Made by a program: the position numbers and the translations under genes. This document shows positions 29,745-38,579 of a DNA stretch of 64,000 bases, piece by piece; the stretch's first letter is position 1; the number at the start of each line of letters is the position of its first letter. The stretch comes from a virus. The stretch spans positions 1-64,000 of the IMG/VR virus record IMGVR_UViG_3300047548_001390; one strand, 5' to 3'. The notes below the pieces were generated by a model. That model was not told where the DNA came from. It did no database searches and worked only from the letters and a program-made list of their open reading frames with translations.

Positions 29745-30080
29745 TTAAGCTCGTGTAATCTGTGGAACTATGGTAATAATACCTTCTACTACTCTGAGTT
29801 TTTCCCCAGTATTGTCAGTTATTTCAATATCATACAAGTACCTACCTGCCGGAATATTTTCCGTAGTTTCAGCATTTAATCGCAGTTTCACTTTTCCAGC
29901 TGAAGCGTCAGTAATACTACACGGAATGGTGTAACCAATACTTGAGGTAGTATTCTTTCGCATTTGAGAGGATACAGTATATCCGGTAAGATCAAAGGTG
30001 GTTCCAGCTGGAGTCACCAATGTGATGAACCGACTGAAATATGAACCCTGATCCACGAATAGATTTGATACTGTTGCCAT
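29745..30080 (-). CDS. virion structural protein
   Basis: NLFVDQG..F, DLTGY...QMRK, GRYLYDIEI, RVVEG.ITI.P.ITR family of T4-like phages. Confidence 0.75.
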   Translation of the reverse strand: MATVSNLFVDQGSYFSRFITLVTPAGTTFDLTGYTVSSQMRKNTTSSIGYTIPCSITDASAGKVKLRLNAETTENIPAGRYLYDIEITDNTGEKLRVVEGIITIVPQITRA

Positions 30081-30136
30081 GCGTACTCCGCGTTTGTTTT
30101 ATTTATCTTTACAATAACCTGGTATATTTATTGTTT

Positions 30137-31000
30137 TTAAATCAACGGCTTCATTGTGCAGATGTAATAAATCGGCTGTGGTTCTCCATTCATCATCGGA
30201 AGAATGGTCATTTTGAACCTGTTATCGTAAATATCAGACCAACTTCTATTACTTTCTATCGTTTCCCACATTTGATCATATGAATTGATATAGGGAACAC
30301 ACATAATCATGTCTCTTCCTACAACATTATCATAATGACCAAAATCAAATATATCGACAAACCGATCGTTACAAAAAAACATTTTTTTATGTTTATCAAC
30401 AATAAAAATGATATCAGAGGCTGAATTCAGAGCATTGAAACACGCTTTTGTACGCTTTTGTTTTTCGCGGATTGACGTAACATCGCGGCCAATGATAATT
30501 AGCTCTTTTCGTGACCCGTCCACATTGAATACCGGGGTTTTCAAAATATCAAAAATGTATGTCGAACCATCGTGTGGGATGTATTCTTCAGTTCTACACG
30601 TCTTTTTTGTGTTCCACGCCTGGTTGTCTGTCACTTGACATTGAGATAACGACTCAAATAGATGAGGATATACCTTCTTTAATTGTTCATCCGTTTTACC
30701 GTAGTACTCACCGTGATGCCAATTATAAAGACACTGTCCCCGATGGTTCAGCGTCCTCCACTTCCCTTCCCCATCTTTCACTATGACAAGATCATTAATA
30801 GCATCAATAGTAGAATAGAACCGAGATTCAGAAGCATGCAACTCTTCTTGCAATACAGTAGCGGCACTAACGGCAGCTTCGGATACCTCCATAGCTGTAG
30901 TGCTCAATAGGTTAAGACTCTCATCAAGTTGTTTGAGGTCCACCTGATGAGAGTCTTTTTTATGCTGTTTTTTGGGTTTATTTAAAAGACGGGAAATCAT
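30137..31000 (-). CDS. PAS-domain protein (one full PAS/PAC plus a second degenerate PAS), no output domain
   Basis: ESRFYSTIDAINDLVIVKDGEGKW..LN, FDILKTPVFN.DG...IIIGRDVT, ALNSASDIIFIVD. Confidence 0.85.
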   Translation of the reverse strand: MISRLLNKPKKQHKKDSHQVDLKQLDESLNLLSTTAMEVSEAAVSAATVLQEELHASESRFYSTIDAINDLVIVKDGEGKWRTLNHRGQCLYNWHHGEYYGKTDEQLKKVYPHLFESLSQCQVTDNQAWNTKKTCRTEEYIPHDGSTYIFDILKTPVFNVDGSRKELIIIGRDVTSIREKQKRTKACFNALNSASDIIFIVDKHKKMFFCNDRFVDIFDFGHYDNVVGRDMIMCVPYINSYDQMWETIESNRSWSDIYDNRFKMTILPMMNGEPQPIYYICTMKPLI

Positions 31001-31009
31001 AGCTACTCA

Positions 31010-31288
31010 TTACTTTCTATTGGATTGAATAGTAATGAGCACGATCTTGATTTCGTTTAATGCTTGAACAAGATCTAAATTGCCTTTATGATAACGATCT
31101 ACAATCTCTTTGATTGATGTGGTTTCACTGTCTTTTGCTTCATATACTAATTTGGTTGTTTCTGTGAGGTTTTTAGAGAGAGTTTTACGGTCCCAAATCA
31201 ATACACCTATAGCGACAAACAATATCGTAATAACCGCTGCTTCTCCCCCAGCAGCTAAGAATTTTAATAGCGTGTGGGCGAAATCCAT
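31010..31288 (-). CDS. small single-TM protein, holin-like
   Basis: 92 aa with TM AAVITILFVAIGVLIW followed by a charged coiled coil. Confidence 0.5.
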   Translation of the reverse strand: MDFAHTLLKFLAAGGEAAVITILFVAIGVLIWDRKTLSKNLTETTKLVYEAKDSETTSIKEIVDRYHKGNLDLVQALNEIKIVLITIQSNRK

Positions 31289-31311
31289 AGTGGGTTGTTT
31301 CCTTGATTAGC

Positions 31312-31348
31312 CTTTCACGAGACTTTGTGAAAGTGCCAATTATTTATG
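31312..31348 (-). promoter_or_regulatory. late promoter CATAAATA (31341-31348) plus leader hairpin
   Basis: NATAAATA, then a near-perfect CTTTCAC..GTGAAAG stem upstream of the TM+PAS pair. Confidence 0.55.
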
Positions 31349-31368
31349 TGATTTGATTGGCTTGATAA

Positions 31369-31605
31369 TCAATTTGAAGATAGTAAATCTTTAGCCCTCT
31401 GGACGTCCGCTAAATGTGACTTTTTGCAGTGCTCTTTTTCAAAAGGGTAAAATAATGCATCAATGATTAACTGAGCGTATTTCCATTGTTGGCGATAGGA
31501 TCTACCGCTAATACTTTCGTTTGACGTCGTCTCGTCTATTCTAGGCAAAAACATTACATTTAGCAGTTGGCTTAAAGCATCGCCAATCATTAGTAATCGT
31601 TTCAT
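31369..31605 (-). CDS. conserved phage hypothetical protein (likely start 31605)
   Basis: SQLLNV..NESISGR..ID.LF...HC motif; 78 aa. Confidence 0.65.
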   Translation of the reverse strand: MKRLLMIGDALSQLLNVMFLPRIDETTSNESISGRSYRQQWKYAQLIIDALFYPFEKEHCKKSHLADVQRAKDLLSSN

Positions 31606-31606
31606 T

Positions 31607-32455
31607 TTATGGCTGATCCCATATATTAGTCGCCTTAAAAAACTGTCCGTTTGTATAATCAGTATAAAAATCAAAATTATCTATTGTAACACCCTCCATG
31701 TAGGCATATTTTTTTACATCATTGAAATACACATCTGCAGTGTACTTTTCCATTGGTAAAACATTTTTATCACGAATCTTACATTCGCGGAGATGGTCAA
31801 CCCCTTCTTTCCCCCAGATACCAGTTAATAAATGCCGAGTAATAATTTTTGGATGGTAAGCCATTCCGTGATTATTGAACAATTCTCCTGGAAGTGGAGT
31901 GATCCTTTTGTATCCGTATTCTTTAATTGCTTCAAACACAAGTTTAGGTCCAGCCACATTAAGAACAAACTCTCTGTTTGATTGCTGATCAAAAGGTAAG
32001 GTAATCTTTGTTGTTTCTTTCAGTCTGTTGAACGATGCAACAGCCATCTCCATACAGGTCTCAAAAAACGTATGACCAGCTGAAGATATCATCAAAGCGT
32101 TTTCGATAGGAATATCACCATACGGTGCCTGAACAATGTATACTCCTGACCTCAAATTGCGGTCAAATCTATGATAGCAGAACACATCCATATCTGCATA
32201 GATTCCACCATACTTGTGGAGTATACAGAATCTAGCAAAATCAATTTTCATGATGTGAGCAGGGAACTGTTGGAAGGTTTCCCAGTACTGCGGATAGTGT
32301 GTTTCAATTAAATTGTCGAGATCTTCGTGGTCATTCCAAAGTTTGAACTGATAGTCCGGAAATTTGGACAACCACGAATCTCGACAAGGTTTCCATAAAG
32401 GATGCCACTTTGATTCGTCACTTGGTGCTATATGATGTATAATTTTTGGAATCAT
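31607..32455 (-). CDS. GT32/OCH1-like DXD glycosyltransferase
   Basis: MIPKIIH, DFARFCILHKYGGIYADMD, AGP. Confidence 0.9.
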   Translation of the reverse strand: MIPKIIHHIAPSDESKWHPLWKPCRDSWLSKFPDYQFKLWNDHEDLDNLIETHYPQYWETFQQFPAHIMKIDFARFCILHKYGGIYADMDVFCYHRFDRNLRSGVYIVQAPYGDIPIENALMISSAGHTFFETCMEMAVASFNRLKETTKITLPFDQQSNREFVLNVAGPKLVFEAIKEYGYKRITPLPGELFNNHGMAYHPKIITRHLLTGIWGKEGVDHLRECKIRDKNVLPMEKYTADVYFNDVKKYAYMEGVTIDNFDFYTDYTNGQFFKATNIWDQP

Positions 32456-32479
32456 ATTATAACCTTAGTCACGTTTTTG

Positions 32480-32594
32480 TCAGTTTTAACGTTATGTTGT
32501 TTTAAAATATCTGAGAATTCCTTGTTGCTTGCGTTATTTGCATTAATAAATTGTATGTTAATTTATAAATTGGTAGTTCTTTTGTTTGTGCCAT
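32480..32594 (-). pseudogene. avd: truncated, frameshifted avd-like (DGR accessory four-helix-bundle) remnant
   Basis: 32502-32594 encodes MAQTKELPIYKLTYNLLMQITQATRN(SQIF*), and a shifted frame continues LRYFKTT*. This resembles the Avd N-terminus pattern LPIYK..Y.LL......N.PR.FK. It lies 29 nt after the DGR-type target gene. Confidence 0.7.
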
Positions 32595-32623
32595 AATATA
32601 TTCTCAGTTTAAATAATTAAATG

Positions 32624-33973
32624 TTAAATTACAAATCTCCGGACTGCGCGGACCCTGGCGCTGAAAGTCTTATTGGTGTTGCTCGGGGAGCCACCGTTGA
32701 AATCCTGGAACCAAGCATTGGAAGCACCGACCTCGCTGGAAGACCAGTAGTTGTCTGCGTCATTGGTTTCACCAGAAGGTAACGAAGCCCGATTGACCCA
32801 AGCAAGATTTAATTCATCTTTAGCTGGAAGGTACCAATCTGAGAATCCACTAATACTCAGTCCTCTTGTATAAAAAGCAGCAGGATGTGTTGAATTGTTC
32901 ATGTTATTAGTATTTGTCCAGCCATCAACCAAAGATGTTGTTCCACTAGTTGTTGTGCCAGTGGTTTTCCATTGTAACGTAGATGCAGACTGGCCCGATG
33001 CCTTTGGCGCTAACAGTATACCATACCATACCCCACTTACACTTATATGTCCAATAAAATATCCGCCATCAATTAGAGAACCAAGCGTTGAAGTGTAAAT
33101 ACTAAATCTCCGGACTGCGCGGACCCTGTAGCCGGTAGTCTTAGTGGTGCTGATCTGGTCGCCACTGGAGAAGTCCTGGCCCCAAGCCTCGGTTTCAGTG
33201 CGATGACTGGAAGACCAGTAGGAGACTGCATCATTAGCTTCACCGGAGGGTAATGACGCACGAGAGGTCCAAGCAAGATTTAGCTCGTCTCTAGCTGGAA
33301 GATACCAGTCTGCATATCCAGATGCAACGATCCCTCTTGTATAGCTTGCTGCAGCATGCGAAGAGTCGTTCATAAAGTTCGTATTGGCCCAGCCATTGAT
33401 TGCAGATGAGGTTCCACCAGTTGTTGTGCCAGTGGTTTTCCATTGTAACGTAGATGCAGACTGGCCCGATGCCTTAGGTGCTAACAGTATACCATATAGT
33501 ACTCCATTTACACCTAGAGCTCCAATATAATAACCACCTTGATATGATGCACCAAGTGAAGATGCGAATGAAGAGTTAGTAACAAAAGTTGTTCCGGACG
33601 ACCAGGCAGAATAAGTTCCATTTGCATCTTTATAACGCACTCTCCAGTAATATGTGGTGGAGTTACTCAACATTCTCCTTGGGTTAAAAGTATAGGATGT
33701 ACTAGTTCCTGCAATGTCACCGGTGGAAATCACAGTGCTTGCGAAGTTTGATACTGTTGACACCTGAAACTGCGCAGCTGCCATTGAAACGCCATTAAAT
33801 GATGTATATGATGACCCGATTAATGTAATATTTTCAAAATTTGCACCAGTATTTGTAGTACCATCAGCAGGAGTCACATTAGTTGGTTTAATGAGACCTG
33901 TTAGCTGAGTCCCATCACCAATGAATTCTTTGTTATCTGTGATAACAGTAACGCCAGAAATTTTAACAGCCAT
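32624..33973 (-). CDS. virion adhesin: FN3-like domain plus two tandem DUF1566 (CLec-fold) domains; DGR target-type protein
   Basis: YYWRVRYKD; two copies of DWYLPA.DEL...YWSSS...AW.QDF..G......K.....RVRAVRRF. Confidence 0.88.
   Translation of the reverse strand: MAVKISGVTVITDNKEFIGDGTQLTGLIKPTNVTPADGTTNTGANFENITLIGSSYTSFNGVSMAAAQFQVSTVSNFASTVISTGDIAGTSTSYTFNPRRMLSNSTTYYWRVRYKDANGTYSAWSSGTTFVTNSSFASSLGASYQGGYYIGALGVNGVLYGILLAPKASGQSASTLQWKTTGTTTGGTSSAINGWANTNFMNDSSHAAASYTRGIVASGYADWYLPARDELNLAWTSRASLPSGEANDAVSYWSSSHRTETEAWGQDFSSGDQISTTKTTGYRVRAVRRFSIYTSTLGSLIDGGYFIGHISVSGVWYGILLAPKASGQSASTLQWKTTGTTTSGTTSLVDGWTNTNNMNNSTHPAAFYTRGLSISGFSDWYLPAKDELNLAWVNRASLPSGETNDADNYWSSSEVGASNAWFQDFNGGSPSNTNKTFSARVRAVRRFVI
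32633..32758 (-). repeat. DGR variable region VR2 with IMH-like 3' end
   Basis: Paralogous to VR1 at an offset of 471 bp; 25 identical 3' bases (32633-32657); mismatches at codon positions 1-2. Confidence 0.8.
33104..33229 (-). repeat. DGR variable region VR1 (internal) with IMH-like 3' end
   Basis: See VR2; identical block 33104-33128 CAGGGTCCGCGCAGTCCGGAGATTT. Confidence 0.8.
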
Positions 33974-33984
33974 TTTGATTTCCT

Positions 33985-34542
33985 TTATTGAATATTAAAA
34001 GCAACAACAAATACTTCATCTAATTGTTCTTTTGTCCAACCCATTTGCTTGTACAGTTCTTGTATCGTGGGGCTATTTTTTCTCACTTCAGTTGCATATT
34101 CCCATTCAATCAGCACTTTTGTCTTCATTGGTTCTTGTAAACCTTCAACAAAAGATTGTACTTCAGCCAATTTACCAAGCTCAAGCAGAGCCAATCTAAT
34201 TTGTCTAGCACTAGCGACAGAAGGTAATCTCGCCTTCATCTCGTCTGCTTTAGCTTGATCATATTGTTGTTGAGCAGTTGTTGTTTCCGTCACTGGATTA
34301 CCATCAGCGTCAAGAGTTGACGTTGTAATATCCTTAAACACGTGTACAACACCTTCTACTAACAGGTTTGCATCATCATCGCAGGTGCCATAGTATTTTG
34401 GTACTCGGGTTGGCCAAACACTTTCATCCCACCATTCGATTGCTAACCCTTTTATATCAGGATATTTGGGACCATTGATGGTGGGAGATTTTGAAGCAGA
34501 GACCCCGGTAACGGAATCTACGTGGGTAACACAGATATACAT
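33985..34542 (-). CDS. putative tail fibre assembly/accessory protein
   Basis: NGP.YP, YYGTCDDDA, SARQIRLAL, IEWEYAT, LDE.F; adjacent to the adhesin. Confidence 0.6.
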   Translation of the reverse strand: MYICVTHVDSVTGVSASKSPTINGPKYPDIKGLAIEWWDESVWPTRVPKYYGTCDDDANLLVEGVVHVFKDITTSTLDADGNPVTETTTAQQQYDQAKADEMKARLPSVASARQIRLALLELGKLAEVQSFVEGLQEPMKTKVLIEWEYATEVRKNSPTIQELYKQMGWTKEQLDEVFVVAFNIQ

Positions 34543-34545
34543 TTA

Positions 34546-34570
34546 TTACTCCTTTGTTGTAAAGGAGTAA
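34546..34570 (-). promoter_or_regulatory. RBS-sequestering hairpin
   Basis: TTACTCCTTT-ACAAC-AAAGGAGTAA perfect 10-bp stem whose 3' arm is the SD of ORF 33985-34542. Confidence 0.7.
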
Positions 34571-34619
34571 CAATATACAGATGGAAGGTAGCCATCATCG
34601 TTCTCCTTCTGAACTCGGT

Positions 34620-35465
34620 CTACTGGTTTTCTAATTTATAAAGGCGTGCTGATAATTCTTTTATTGACTCTATTAAATATGCTGTTAATCCAGCATAGTT
34701 GACATTTTTAATTCCGTCAACACTTTGATCTACTAGGTGAGGTAAAATATTCTCTAACTCTTGCGCAATAACACCAGCAGATTTTTTGCCATTGTCTTTC
34801 CATTCAAATTCAACGCCTCTCAATTGATTAACGATCGACGTTGCATCCATAACATTATTTATGTTGTTTTTGAGTACGATGTCAGAGGTTGAATTAAAAT
34901 TTGTTGTGGTTAGCGTTCCTGTACCCGAATCATACGTCAAATTAGTCGACCATGACGTTGAAGTTCCGTTTGTCGTTAAAAGACGTCCAGCGTTTCCGGT
35001 TTGAGTTGGTAACACTTTCGTTTCGTTTAATGAGGTAATCCATGCTGGATTAGCATACGATCCCGTTATAAGTACAGCATTTGTTACTTTGGAGCCAGCT
35101 AAACTGGTAATCCAAGAAGGATCAGCAATTGTTCCTGTTAATTTAACAACATCCAAAGAAGTAATCCAACCAGGATTGGCAGCTGTCCCTGTTAATTTAA
35201 CAACATCCAAAGAAGTAATCCAGGCAGGATTTGGATACGTTGCTGTTGTGTAGACACCATTCGTAACGGTTGCAGCGTTACCACTAATCGAGATACCCCA
35301 CGTCCCCGATGCCCCTCCGCCTACCAACGTTGGTTTATTAGCAAGATCATCATTAATTGACTTGAAGTTTCCATCAACCTCTAAGTTCGTTAACGGCGCA
35401 TTCTTGACCGTTGTGGAAGTAGGAGTTGTTGCAGATGCAGAGGTTCTATACAGTAAATTAGCCAT
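34620..35465 (-). CDS. tail fibre protein with PxWITSL repeats and S74 chaperone
   Basis: KNAPLTNLEVDGNF N-terminus, four PxWITSL repeats, SD..LK.NI / GVIAQELE. Confidence 0.85.
   Translation of the reverse strand: MANLLYRTSASATTPTSTTVKNAPLTNLEVDGNFKSINDDLANKPTLVGGGASGTWGISISGNAATVTNGVYTTATYPNPAWITSLDVVKLTGTAANPGWITSLDVVKLTGTIADPSWITSLAGSKVTNAVLITGSYANPAWITSLNETKVLPTQTGNAGRLLTTNGTSTSWSTNLTYDSGTGTLTTTNFNSTSDIVLKNNINNVMDATSIVNQLRGVEFEWKDNGKKSAGVIAQELENILPHLVDQSVDGIKNVNYAGLTAYLIESIKELSARLYKLENQ
35134..35222. repeat. 35-bp exact direct repeat, 54-bp period
   Basis: cctgttaatttaacaacatccaaagaagtaatcca at 35134-35168 and 35188-35222. Confidence 0.9.
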
Positions 35466-35491
35466 TTAAATATCCAGTTGAACTATGTTTA

Positions 35492-35728
35492 TTAATCCAG
35501 TTCTTTATTTGTAATACGGTTGTTTATGTCTGTTATTGATTTCGAAAGAGACTCAACAACAACTTTTAACTCAGACACTTCCTTCATTAGATTATTTATT
35601 GTCTCAGCTTGTTTCTTTTCTCTCAAATAACGACGATATTCCGCATCGTTCTTTACAGCAATTGTTCCTAAATTATCTTTGAATAAACCAGGAACAACTG
35701 CACCAGATTCATCTTTAACTTTAATCAT
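35492..35728 (-). CDS. small coiled-coil protein following the DUF4815-like genes
   Basis: GL.KD..G.I..K...EY..Y, then a coiled coil; ATGA overlap. Confidence 0.7.
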   Translation of the reverse strand: MIKVKDESGAVVPGLFKDNLGTIAVKNDAEYRRYLREKKQAETINNLMKEVSELKVVVESLSKSITDINNRITNKELD

Positions 35729-38568
35729 GCCACAATAATAACTCTAAACGATTTAACAATTGGAGCTCTCAGAGGATCTTGTGCTAACATAACGCACTTC
35801 AAATCATATGTATCAAACTCCGGAATGTTGTCCAAGTAGAATTGATATTCATAAAATTCCACATCAGAAGAACGGTCACGAGACACATTACAATTTAAAC
35901 GTTTCCAGTTTTGTGCCTCATGTTCAACACCCGAACCAGACAAAGAAGTTCGAATATACCAATCGACAGAAGCTCCGACTCCCGAATTAATTACAGAGAA
36001 TAGACGAATCCCTGTTGAGATTGTTGCCAACTCAATTCGACGAGTGAGATATCTCGATTTAGCATTTCCACCTGTTGGCAACAGCTCCGAATTAAAAGGA
36101 GTTAATCTAGCTTGTGCTGCAGCGCCCGTTCCTGTTATATCATCAGGAGCTCTTTCGATGACAACAAGCGGAACTTGGGTGAATCCAGATCCACCATTGT
36201 TAACAGTAATTCCTGTAACCACTCCAGCATTAATAACAGCTGTAGCAGTAGCCCCCGTTCCATTCCCAATGATTTTTACAACAGGAGCAACAGAGTAATC
36301 TGAACCACCTGCCGTAACAACAAAGGAAGAAATTGATGCAGACCCTTCCGTTGCATCTAAAGTTTCATCAACTTGATCGTTAATTATAGTGGAATATGCC
36401 CACAACTCAGGCATCTGTCTTAAATCAATCATAGGAGACAGATAGTCGTTTGAGCTGTTCAATTGAATGGTGATTTTACCGGAATCGGTGTTCGACATTT
36501 TAGAAAATTCATTAAAGCGAGAAGCAATCAATGAATTTTGTTCTAGAACAACCAATCCTTGTTTTTCAGAAAACTCAACTTCTCTACCCACACCATAGGT
36601 AGTAATGTTACCACCATCGTAATTCCCAAGAGTCGATTGGAAAGTATTGCGAGTAAACGTATCACCGTAATTAAGAATCTTAATGTTTGGAGTGAACTCT
36701 GTCATTGGTTTGTTTGTTGACACGGTGAACATAGCATCCGTCATCGCAACAAGAACAGCACCAGATCCTGTTGTAGAATTCACAACAACCTGAGGAGCGG
36801 ATGTGTAACCACTTCCCTGATTAGTAATCGTAACGCCTACAATCCTACCATTTAAGATGATTGGCGTAGCCTCAGCATTGCCAGATGAAAAGCTAATTGT
36901 TGTATCAGGTCCGTAGTTAATACCACCTCTATCAACATCAACTTTTGTTATAACACCAGCACTTTCAATTTTACCTGTTGAAGTAGCTAGAGCTTCTAGT
37001 TTGGTTTTGAATTTAATCGTGTTTCTATCAGGAACTGCGATTACATCAAACTCGCCTGTCAACGCCGTAGCAGGAATACCGTTATATGTGGCTCCTTCAA
37101 GACCAGCACAAGCAAATTTAGATCCAACTTCTAGTCCATGTTCCTGGTTATGATAATATGTAATTACATCGGAGCCTTCGACGGTATAAAACTGTGTTCC
37201 AAAAGCAGATACTTGAGGCACATCAGTAACTAAATCGATAACACCCGATTGAGATGTATCGAATTTAGCACGGTACATATTGAATTTAATGTCTTCAAAT
37301 TGTTCCGCTGTCCAAGTAATATTGTTTTCTGATTTAAACAACGATCCAATGAATGGCTGTTCGAAAATAATTCTACCATTCTCGATCGACTCCTCACCCA
37401 TACGTGAAGTAAACATGTTGTATTGATTTGAGTTTGTCAAGACCACAAAACAATAATCAGTGTCCTCATTTAGATAAATTGGTGGACTAAATCTGAACAC
37501 TGTTCCAGCTGATGCATCTGTCGACGTTACTACACTTGTTGCTGGCAATGAAGAAACAAGATTAGGGTTGCCCGTCGGTAAGTCAGAAGGGTATCCATTC
37601 ACCAATGGTCGAACTTCAACACGAATGGGAATTGAACTGTCTTTTGTGCGGAAAAATAATTCCACAGCCGATAAGAAAAAACCACCCCTAATTCCATACG
37701 TGAAGAACGATTGAGCCAAAGGATCTTGCGTCTTACATTCTCTAAATTGCTCTTCGAAATAATCTACAATACCAGATAATCTTCTATCCGTGCCAGCTGG
37801 CAAATCGACGAACAATCTATTTAAATCGGTATTTCTATCAATTCCCGATGCTTGAGTTAGAATCGATCCTACTGGAAGCCCTAGGGTGCCTACTCGAGCC
37901 ATCAGAAGAGTATTCGCCCCTCCAGGTTGTGTAACAAGCCTTGTATTGGGCAATGCTGCTAATTGATCAGCAGTAACACTGATCCCCCTTTCTTTCAAAT
38001 GATGAACAATTCTAGAAGTAGCAATTGTTACGGTTACTGGTTTTTCTTCAGGTTGAGGAGATTGTGTTTGAATGGGTACGTAAGGCTCGTATTGCTGAGA
38101 GTAGTCAAACGAAGGAGCTGTTACTTGAGGAGGATCCAATGGGGGTGCTGGTGGAACGTATATTAAATCTTCAATAATCCTATCTACTGTTTCTGTGCGA
38201 GTGGTTTGATAAAAATCAATACGCCCTGTTGAAGCAAAAAATCCACGAGCAGATCCATTAACCGTCCCGGGAATGTTCACTAAACTAAGATCGTTTGTAT
38301 CGGCTACAATGATTTGCTTCCGACCAACTGTAAACGTACCAGCTGGAAGAGCAAAGGTGATAGTAATTGTCCCATCATCATCTGTGGTAAGCGGATTTGT
38401 GCTTGTACCTCCAGCACACAGATGGGTTACCTCAACTTCATCAAAAAATACGTATACTTTTGTATTTGGACGAGCGTTACGGACTTTTAGAATAACATTC
38501 TGAGCACGAATAAATTGAATTGCTTCTTGTCTTACTATATTAGAAATTTCTGTAATTCTTGTAGCCAT
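35725..38568 (-). CDS. large virion structural protein (DUF4815/VrlC-like C-terminal half)
   Basis: DPLAQSFF, LFF..KD..IP, GSLFKSEN..TWTA.Q.ED.KF. Confidence 0.8.
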   Translation of the reverse strand: MATRITEISNIVRQEAIQFIRAQNVILKVRNARPNTKVYVFFDEVEVTHLCAGGTSTNPLTTDDDGTITITFALPAGTFTVGRKQIIVADTNDLSLVNIPGTVNGSARGFFASTGRIDFYQTTRTETVDRIIEDLIYVPPAPPLDPPQVTAPSFDYSQQYEPYVPIQTQSPQPEEKPVTVTIATSRIVHHLKERGISVTADQLAALPNTRLVTQPGGANTLLMARVGTLGLPVGSILTQASGIDRNTDLNRLFVDLPAGTDRRLSGIVDYFEEQFRECKTQDPLAQSFFTYGIRGGFFLSAVELFFRTKDSSIPIRVEVRPLVNGYPSDLPTGNPNLVSSLPATSVVTSTDASAGTVFRFSPPIYLNEDTDYCFVVLTNSNQYNMFTSRMGEESIENGRIIFEQPFIGSLFKSENNITWTAEQFEDIKFNMYRAKFDTSQSGVIDLVTDVPQVSAFGTQFYTVEGSDVITYYHNQEHGLEVGSKFACAGLEGATYNGIPATALTGEFDVIAVPDRNTIKFKTKLEALATSTGKIESAGVITKVDVDRGGINYGPDTTISFSSGNAEATPIILNGRIVGVTITNQGSGYTSAPQVVVNSTTGSGAVLVAMTDAMFTVSTNKPMTEFTPNIKILNYGDTFTRNTFQSTLGNYDGGNITTYGVGREVEFSEKQGLVVLEQNSLIASRFNEFSKMSNTDSGKITIQLNSSNDYLSPMIDLRQMPELWAYSTIINDQVDETLDATEGSASISSFVVTAGGSDYSVAPVVKIIGNGTGATATAVINAGVVTGITVNNGGSGFTQVPLVVIERAPDDITGTGAAAQARLTPFNSELLPTGGNAKSRYLTRRIELATISTGIRLFSVINSGVGASVDWYIRTSLSGSGVEHEAQNWKRLNCNVSRDRSSDVEFYEYQFYLDNIPEFDTYDLKCVMLAQDPLRAPIVKSFRVIIVA

Positions 38569-38579
38569 TCTTAATCCTT

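Noticed and set aside
2739-34561. 13-bp identity ctcctttgttgta at 2739-2751 and 34549-34561
   Set aside because: Both are SD-containing leaders; too short to support a specific link
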